Shown here one piece after another: positions 59,001 to 64,000 of a DNA stretch of 64,000 bases; position 1 is the first letter of the stretch; each line of letters starts with the position of its first letter. The DNA is taken from assembly GCA_020053355.1 (NCBI GenBank), contig JAGVNI010000008.1:77195-141194 (forward strand), in the 5' to 3' direction. This DNA is from an archaeon. Its GTDB lineage: Archaea > Micrarchaeota > Micrarchaeia > Anstonellales > Bilamarchaeaceae. The notes under the pieces are model-generated. The model saw only the letters and a list, made by a program, of their open reading frames with translations, had not been told where the DNA came from and searched no databases. A program made the position numbers and the translations under genes.

Positions 59001-60266
59001 CGTCGGAAGGGAGCTGCCGTGGATTTCCGTCACTTCGGCCTGCGCCGTCTGGCGTGCTATCTCCACCATGCGCATGTAAGCGGCCTGCTGCGTGGTGAAA
59101 AGCTGGACTGCCTCGGAGAAGCGGTTATTCTGCAGATGCCCCACCATCTGTCTCATGGATGTATCGTCAAGGAGCCAGACGTCAGAAACCCTCACCCTTC
59201 CGCCGGATGCGGTCTGAAGGCCGGCATTCACGGCCGGGTTGGTTGCGAGCGCTGTGACATCGGATGCGAGGGCATGCGGCGAGCCGGTCGCAGTCTCGTA
59301 CTGGCGCCTGCGCGCCTCGGTGGACGCCTCGTTGGCGGCCTGCAATTCTGCCGTGATTAGCGTCCTTGCCTGGCCGAGTTTCGTATCAATCGTGCGCTGG
59401 CTCGGCCTGCGCGCGTCGAATTCGCGGTTCAATTCGCGCATGAGCGAGGTCGCCCTGGCCCGGATTTGCGCGCTGCGCCCGTTTGCTGCGATGAATTCGA
59501 GGTCGTACATGACTCCGGAGTTCTGCTCCCGTAATGTTGCGGTCACAGGGGCTGCCGGCTGGGCGGTTGCGGTTGCCGAAGGCTGCGCCGGTCCTGGGAC
59601 TGCGGTCGGAGCCACCGGCACTGGAACAGGAACTGTTACCGGCGCAGTTGGCTGTGCCGTCGGAGCCGCAGGCTGCGGGCCTGCGACAGTCGGAGCCACT
59701 GCGGTTGCAACTACGGTTGCGCCGGGCGCGCTGAGCGCGATTGTGAGCCTTGTCCTTAGTTCGTCGAGGACTGCCTGGTCTATCGTGCTGTCCTGGTTCC
59801 TCCCGGTAAGTGCCGGGCGGTCGCGCCAGGTGCCGTTCAGCCAGGTGTTCAAGGAGTGGAATTTATCTAGCGTGGTGGTTCCGGTAATCGGGATGCCTAA
59901 GGCTGAGGCGTTGGTGGCAAGCGTCGTGAGAAGGGCGGTCACGTTGGCATCGGTGTATCCGACGACGGGCGGTATGCCGCTCTGCCTCATGGTATCGAGC
60001 TGAGTCCGAATGCCGGTCAGCTGAGTTACGAGATTCCCCCTCAGGGCTTCAAGGGCCCTTGTGTCCAGTTGCGTCTGCTGCGCAGCAGCTTCGCGCATCG
60101 TTCCGCCACCCATAATAACACCACCTGCCATCACGGCAGAAAGCAGGAACCTTCCGAAATAACTTGGCCTGCGTATCGCTGAAAGATACCGGGGTGTAGA
60201 ATTTAAATGTTCACCTTCGCGCATCCCGGTTTCTGAATCGTGTTGAAGCTTTCTAGGTCCACCCAT
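56079..60266 (-). CDS. very large Ala/Thr/Arg-rich orphan with leader and signal peptide
   Basis: About 1395 aa; MGGPRKLQHD leader, FLLSAVMAGGVIMGGGTMREAAA signal-like segment, Pro/Ala/Thr linker; GAGGCGGGA Shine-Dalgarno-like site. Confidence 0.8.
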   Translation of the reverse strand: MGGPRKLQHDSETGMREGEHLNSTPRYLSAIRRPSYFGRFLLSAVMAGGVIMGGGTMREAAAQQTQLDTRALEALRGNLVTQLTGIRTQLDTMRQSGIPPVVGYTDANVTALLTTLATNASALGIPITGTTTLDKFHSLNTWLNGTWRDRPALTGRNQDSTIDQAVLDELRTRLTIALSAPGATVVATAVAPTVAGPQPAAPTAQPTAPVTVPVPVPVAPTAVPGPAQPSATATAQPAAPVTATLREQNSGVMYDLEFIAANGRSAQIRARATSLMRELNREFDARRPSQRTIDTKLGQARTLITAELQAANEASTEARRRQYETATGSPHALASDVTALATNPAVNAGLQTASGGRVRVSDVWLLDDTSMRQMVGHLQNNRFSEAVQLFTTQQAAYMRMVEIARQTAQAEVTEIHGSSLPTREQLTARERQDGQSAGAYYNLRVPREGRVQRRIPTARSDLEAVAQRRLDAATAMSGQSGRLAYYAVTDLYNDTRAETRNIHYLISLWDYANSHSLSTNGEASTFYQNYTAAVALFAAPELNPFRDLYTRDQQMALIRAHLNLPVGVNPTTAQEATARRELTERFMRNLPLKYDYTLFNVFEQVAKLNTPSGATGIPRLASVRTLRVVTEMEYAPYLANVPPVIRDDQGRQLMNAQGEMLSSDELAQLTPTVPHRRFVFVRGMLERAVQSATDSGMRADDRVLVAARAWLTSTATEPTTDAARISAADTLYNVTLGLLSIREAELWAANPSFRPSSPAATTTGAAEQLTRARAAFLWSFSNRQVGTAYHANMARRLADDATSMLMGPGFSYTEAPGMFFTRAYYGNAPRPSSVPQTTTWLPTLNEQIASGQTGEQLYLTFLTSLASGSSAALFSPSAAETTLASAGLAGPTNALGLSVGRETPQFTWTVAPLGEYPDYYPVQRRARPTVAPLDTHALPRTITASPDLGNHGHEDVDKYVHGQTYVEVSRQFYMSVDPGVDPLLHGFEVAPNAYPVRTEAQFRAQDQALKDRLIAIAREYNLPADRPLIDSLRERMQTTATAYSTALAGADDATRTRLLGERQQESNRIMLAILDVRIAQLDARLSGNVMLADGQPIRASDLTRSRDPRKYTVVRAQEMLAEARALRTRFAAALGTDYFGRGGVDPREAIGIAEMGIASLTDSEVRVIERPITPRITAMVPTDAITQDRSTRVNDRNDRETIVTFTATRTMITPQGGSPVTLEEYERTNGRQNLTYYWFMFQDIQPSTGMLLLNPQYRDTTQPRYVGMVQRGATTTDGRTGDFVVRVRRVDAPSRDLEWAVVAEADGRIRPENILFEMRSGTMDPVRDTRLEANIQSVAFARSSTQQTVVNYGPITPVLIVRPSASNAQPPATATSRPATPPAQPAAPSSSARKK

Positions 60267-60457
60267 GTCAATCCCGCCTCTCAATGATTTTGATACACCT
60301 AAGTATATTATTTAAAACAGAATATTTTATAAACCAATCTTCGCCATCTTCGACGACTATATTCTATCCCCATCCCCGATATCTATTATGGCAGGATTAC
60401 TATATAAATATGTTAGATGGCCGCAAGCGATATAAGACGGGATGCATTAGGAGGTTC

Positions 60458-62032
60458 ATGGAACTCCGCGGTCAGCTGGTCGACGTCTTTGAAGGTTCGG
60501 TCTATCCCGCGAGCGTAAGGTTCGGCAGGGTTATCGAGTGCATAACCCGGTTGGAGAAGGCGCCGGCGGTGTTCATCCTTCCCGGCCTCGTGGACGGCCA
60601 CATGCATGTCGAAAGCACAATGCTCCTGCCTTCCGAATACGCGCGCGCCACCGTTCGCCACGGGACTGTGGCCGCGGTCGCCGACCCGCATGAAATCGGC
60701 AACGTCCTCGGGGCAAAAGGCGTCAGGTTCATGATAAAAAATGGCCGCCGCTCCGGGTTCAGGTTCTTCTTCGGCGCCCCGTCCTGCGTGCCGGCAACTG
60801 CTTACGAGACATCCGGCGCAACCCTGGGACCGCGGGAGGTGGAAGGGCTCCTGTCCCGGAATGACGTGCATCATTTGTCCGAAGTCATGGACTACCCCGG
60901 CGTGATAGCCGGAAAGCCGGAGGTCATGGCAAAGATTGCGGCGGCGAAAAGATACGGGAAGGCTGTTGATGGGCACGCGCCCGGCCTCATGGGCAAAGAC
61001 CTGGACCGGTATATATCGGCCGGAATCAGCACCGACCATGAGTGCTACATGCTTGCGGAAGCGCAGGAGAAGATGGAGAAGGGGATGGTTATACTTGTCC
61101 GGGAAGGCTCGGCCGCAAAAAACCTGGAAACCCTGCACCCGGTGCTAAAGGGCGGAAAAAACATGCTCTGCACGGATGATATGGAGCCCGGGGACATCTT
61201 TCGGGGCCATATGGATTCGGTCCTCCGCAAATGCGTCTCCCTGGGCGTGAAGCCGCTTGACGCCATCCGGTGCTGCACACGGAACCCTTGCGAGCACTAC
61301 GGCCTTAAGACCGGCCTGCTGAGAGTCGGGGATGCGGCAGACATCACGGTCGCAAGCGACCTGCGCTCGTTCCGGGTACTTGAAACCTATATCGAAGGCA
61401 GGAAGGTATATTCCGGGAATAAAACGTCCCTCCCGCGCATCGTTGAAAAGCCCCTGAACAACTTCAAGGCCGCGATGATTCGCCCATCCGATATAGCATG
61501 CAATCCCAGCGGAAACGTTTTGGTCATAGGGGCTGTCGACGGCGAGCTGGTGACCGATAAGCTGGTGGTGCCGGCCCAATCGCTTGCAAAGGAAGGGGTG
61601 CAGAAGATCGTCGTGATAAACCGGTACCGCAAGGCATTGCCCGCGGTCGGATTCATAAAGGGTTTCAATTTGAAACGCGGCGCGCTTGCATCAAGCGTCA
61701 TGCATGATTCGCACAATATCGGCGTGATAGGGGCTGACGACGAGTCGATTTGCAAGGCGGCGAACGCGATAATAAAAATGAAGGGCGGGCTTGCGGTCTT
61801 TGACGGAAAGAATACGAGCGCACTTGCGCTCCCGTTTGCCGGCCTCATGTGCGGCGAGGAAGCCGGGAAGGTCGCACGGAGGCATGCGCTTCTTATCAAG
61901 GCGCTCCGGCCTCTTGGATGCAGGATGAGGGCGCCTTTCATGACGCTTTCGTTCATGGCGCTCCTCGTGATTCCGCATCTGAAAATCTCGGACAGGGGAT
62001 TGTTCGACGCGGACAGGTTCGGGTTCGTTTAG
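60458..62032 (+). CDS. ade: adenine deaminase
   Basis: PGLVDGHMHVES, DPHEIGNV, DGHAPG, TDHEC, REGSAAKN, CTDD, HDSHN. Confidence 0.95.
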   Translation: MELRGQLVDVFEGSVYPASVRFGRVIECITRLEKAPAVFILPGLVDGHMHVESTMLLPSEYARATVRHGTVAAVADPHEIGNVLGAKGVRFMIKNGRRSGFRFFFGAPSCVPATAYETSGATLGPREVEGLLSRNDVHHLSEVMDYPGVIAGKPEVMAKIAAAKRYGKAVDGHAPGLMGKDLDRYISAGISTDHECYMLAEAQEKMEKGMVILVREGSAAKNLETLHPVLKGGKNMLCTDDMEPGDIFRGHMDSVLRKCVSLGVKPLDAIRCCTRNPCEHYGLKTGLLRVGDAADITVASDLRSFRVLETYIEGRKVYSGNKTSLPRIVEKPLNNFKAAMIRPSDIACNPSGNVLVIGAVDGELVTDKLVVPAQSLAKEGVQKIVVINRYRKALPAVGFIKGFNLKRGALASSVMHDSHNIGVIGADDESICKAANAIIKMKGGLAVFDGKNTSALALPFAGLMCGEEAGKVARRHALLIKALRPLGCRMRAPFMTLSFMALLVIPHLKISDRGLFDADRFGFV

Positions 62033-62094
62033 TTTATCCGGACTCGCCGGCCGCCCCAGAATTTTATAAATGTTCCATGGGTATTCAAGCCCAG

Positions 62095-63054
62095 ATGGAC
62101 ATTTTCGCGATAACACTCACAATCCTAGGCCTCGCATTCTTCGAGACGATTACCAGCATAGACAATGCCATAATCAACGCGGAGGTCCTCTCGAAGATGT
62201 CGGAAAAGGCCAGGAAATGGTTCCTTCTCTGGGGCATCATCATCGCGGTGGTCGTCATCCGGGGGCTTCTTCCCGGCCTGATTCTGTTTGCCGCCAATCC
62301 GTCGCTCGGGCCCGTGGGGGTTGTGACAGCGATGTTCAGCTCCGACCCGGCAGTCGCGCATGCGATTGAGCAGAGCAGCCCCATCCTGCTGATGGGCGGA
62401 GGCGTGTTCCTGATTTTCCTTTTCTTCCACTGGCTATTTCTTGAGCCCAAGCATTTCGGGCTTCCGGGCGAAGGGTTCATCAAGAGCCAGGGCGTCTGGT
62501 TCTTCGCGGTCGTGTCGATTTTCCTCATGCTGATTACATGGTACGCAATCAACATGGACCCCTTGCTAGCTTTCGGCGCCGTCGTCGGCTCGACTGCGTT
62601 CTTCATCGTGCACGGCTTCAAGCAGAACGCCGAACTGGCCGAGAGGGATATGCTTGAAGGCGGAAACTCGGCTGCGGGCAACATGAGCGACCTAAGCAAA
62701 CTCCTCTACCTGGAAGTCATCGATGCGACGTTCTCGGTCGATGGCGTTGTGGGCGCGTTCGCATTCACCCTCGCCGTGCCGCTGATTCTTGTCGGCAACG
62801 GCATCGGCGCGTTCGTCGTTCGGGAATTCACGATACGCAACATCGAGAACGTCAAAAAATACATTTTCCTCAAAAACGGCGCGATGTATTCCATCCTTTT
62901 CCTGGGCGCGATAATGATTCTCGACGGTTTCGGATACGAGATACCGACCTGGCTCTCGCCGATAATGACTTTCGCCATCGTTGGCTTCTTCTTCTGGAAA
63001 TCCATCGTGCACCTTAAGAAGAACGGCGGCGTCATCGCCAAGCAGGCGCATTAG
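62095..63054 (+). CDS. DUF475/TerC-family integral membrane protein
   Basis: ETITSIDNAIINA and LYLEVIDATFSVDGVVGAFAFT. Confidence 0.9.
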   Translation: MDIFAITLTILGLAFFETITSIDNAIINAEVLSKMSEKARKWFLLWGIIIAVVVIRGLLPGLILFAANPSLGPVGVVTAMFSSDPAVAHAIEQSSPILLMGGGVFLIFLFFHWLFLEPKHFGLPGEGFIKSQGVWFFAVVSIFLMLITWYAINMDPLLAFGAVVGSTAFFIVHGFKQNAELAERDMLEGGNSAAGNMSDLSKLLYLEVIDATFSVDGVVGAFAFTLAVPLILVGNGIGAFVVREFTIRNIENVKKYIFLKNGAMYSILFLGAIMILDGFGYEIPTWLSPIMTFAIVGFFFWKSIVHLKKNGGVIAKQAH

Positions 63055-63177
63055 GAGTCGCTCCCGCAGGGAAGGAAATCCGGCCGGGCGGGGAGCATGC
63101 CTGTGCGGGTTCTCTCCAAGCGGAGCGGGGATACGCCTTTTTATGTTGCCTAGGACTAACCCGGATAGGGGATTTAT

Positions 63178-63885
63178 ATGAAAAAAATCTTAGGGATTAT
63201 CACATTGGCATTTGCCCTCCTGATTGCAGGTTGCCTGCAACAGCAATCTTCGCTCGGAGGCGGAAATGGAAGGGTTGTCTTTACAGTCGCTGACAAAGCC
63301 GCCGAGATGGGTTCGGTCAGCAGCGTGAAAGTGACGATAGACAGCGTCGCGGTGCAGAGCGCCACGCAGGGCTGGATTGACGTCTCTTCCACCGAGAAGA
63401 CATTCGACCTGCTTGCGCTCAAGGCTTCCGGTAAGCAAGCGTTATTGGCAGATGTCAACCTGAGCAATGGCACCTACAACCAGGTCCGGTTGTCGATTTC
63501 AAAGGTAGTCGTGACCGATGATACCGGAGAACACGACGCCAGGCTTCCTTCCGGCGACCTGAAAATCGTAGGCGCGTTCGATGCCAAGGGTAACTCCACT
63601 TCGGTAGTGGCTTTTGACTTCATAGCGGACGAATCGCTCCATGTGACCGGGAATGGCGAATACATCCTGGCTCCAGTAGTGCACCTCCAGACCAGGAATG
63701 ACGCCGAGGTAAAAATCAATAGCGAAAACGATGTCGAAGTGAAAAATGGCAATCTAAAGGCCGATATAAAAGTCGGCATGGACGAGAACGGCACTGTCGG
63801 CGAAAATGCGAGAATCCCGGCGGATGTGAACGTCTCGATAGATGTGAGCGGGAAAATCCGCAGGTTTGGAGTAGGCCTGGATTAA
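63178..63885 (+). CDS. DUF4382 family lipoprotein
   Basis: LLIAGC lipobox, FDLLAL, GTYNQVRL, LPSGDLKI, FDFIADESL. Confidence 0.88.
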   Translation: MKKILGIITLAFALLIAGCLQQQSSLGGGNGRVVFTVADKAAEMGSVSSVKVTIDSVAVQSATQGWIDVSSTEKTFDLLALKASGKQALLADVNLSNGTYNQVRLSISKVVVTDDTGEHDARLPSGDLKIVGAFDAKGNSTSVVAFDFIADESLHVTGNGEYILAPVVHLQTRNDAEVKINSENDVEVKNGNLKADIKVGMDENGTVGENARIPADVNVSIDVSGKIRRFGVGLD

Positions 63886-64000
63886 TCAGGCGCAGATGAT
63901 CGCTGGCCGGCGGGCCAGCGCATCCTTTTTTTATTTCCCCTCGTATCCGATTGCCCGAACGCAGTGATGGGGATTATATTAAAAACATTTTTCCGGATGT

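Noticed and set aside
60284-60457. N-terminal extension of adenine deaminase (and similar extensions on purB, the M24 peptidase and DUF475)
   Set aside because: These upstream in-frame starts run through promoter regions; internal ATGs match the family N-termini.

Overview
Archaeal chromosomal DNA, most consistent with a DPANN archaeon of the Micrarchaeota type. This placement is an inference from archaeal information-processing genes (Orc1/Cdc6, unfused PriL and PriS, TFE, aIF2-gamma, eS6, Sec61-beta, deoxyhypusine synthase, PAC2), intron-containing tRNAs and dense packing with many apparently leaderless genes. The window holds about 56 CDSs and three intron-containing tRNAs: Trp (two introns), Ser and Leu. 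It also holds a candidate replication origin next to orc1/cdc6 and a copper-homeostasis operon. I found no CRISPR array, integrase or transposase. The most unusual content: (i) a five-gene operon around a VirB4/CedB-like ATPase, including a coiled-coil protein whose C-terminal winged helix resembles that of the archaeal ESCRT-III CdvB; (ii) a cluster of large orphan proteins, two with outer-membrane-type beta-barrel patterns and two with a shared KL[RQ]HD leader before a signal peptide; (iii) tRNA genes flanked by copies of their own acceptor-stem ends mixed with short perfect palindromes. Family assignments come from motif recognition only; no database search was run.
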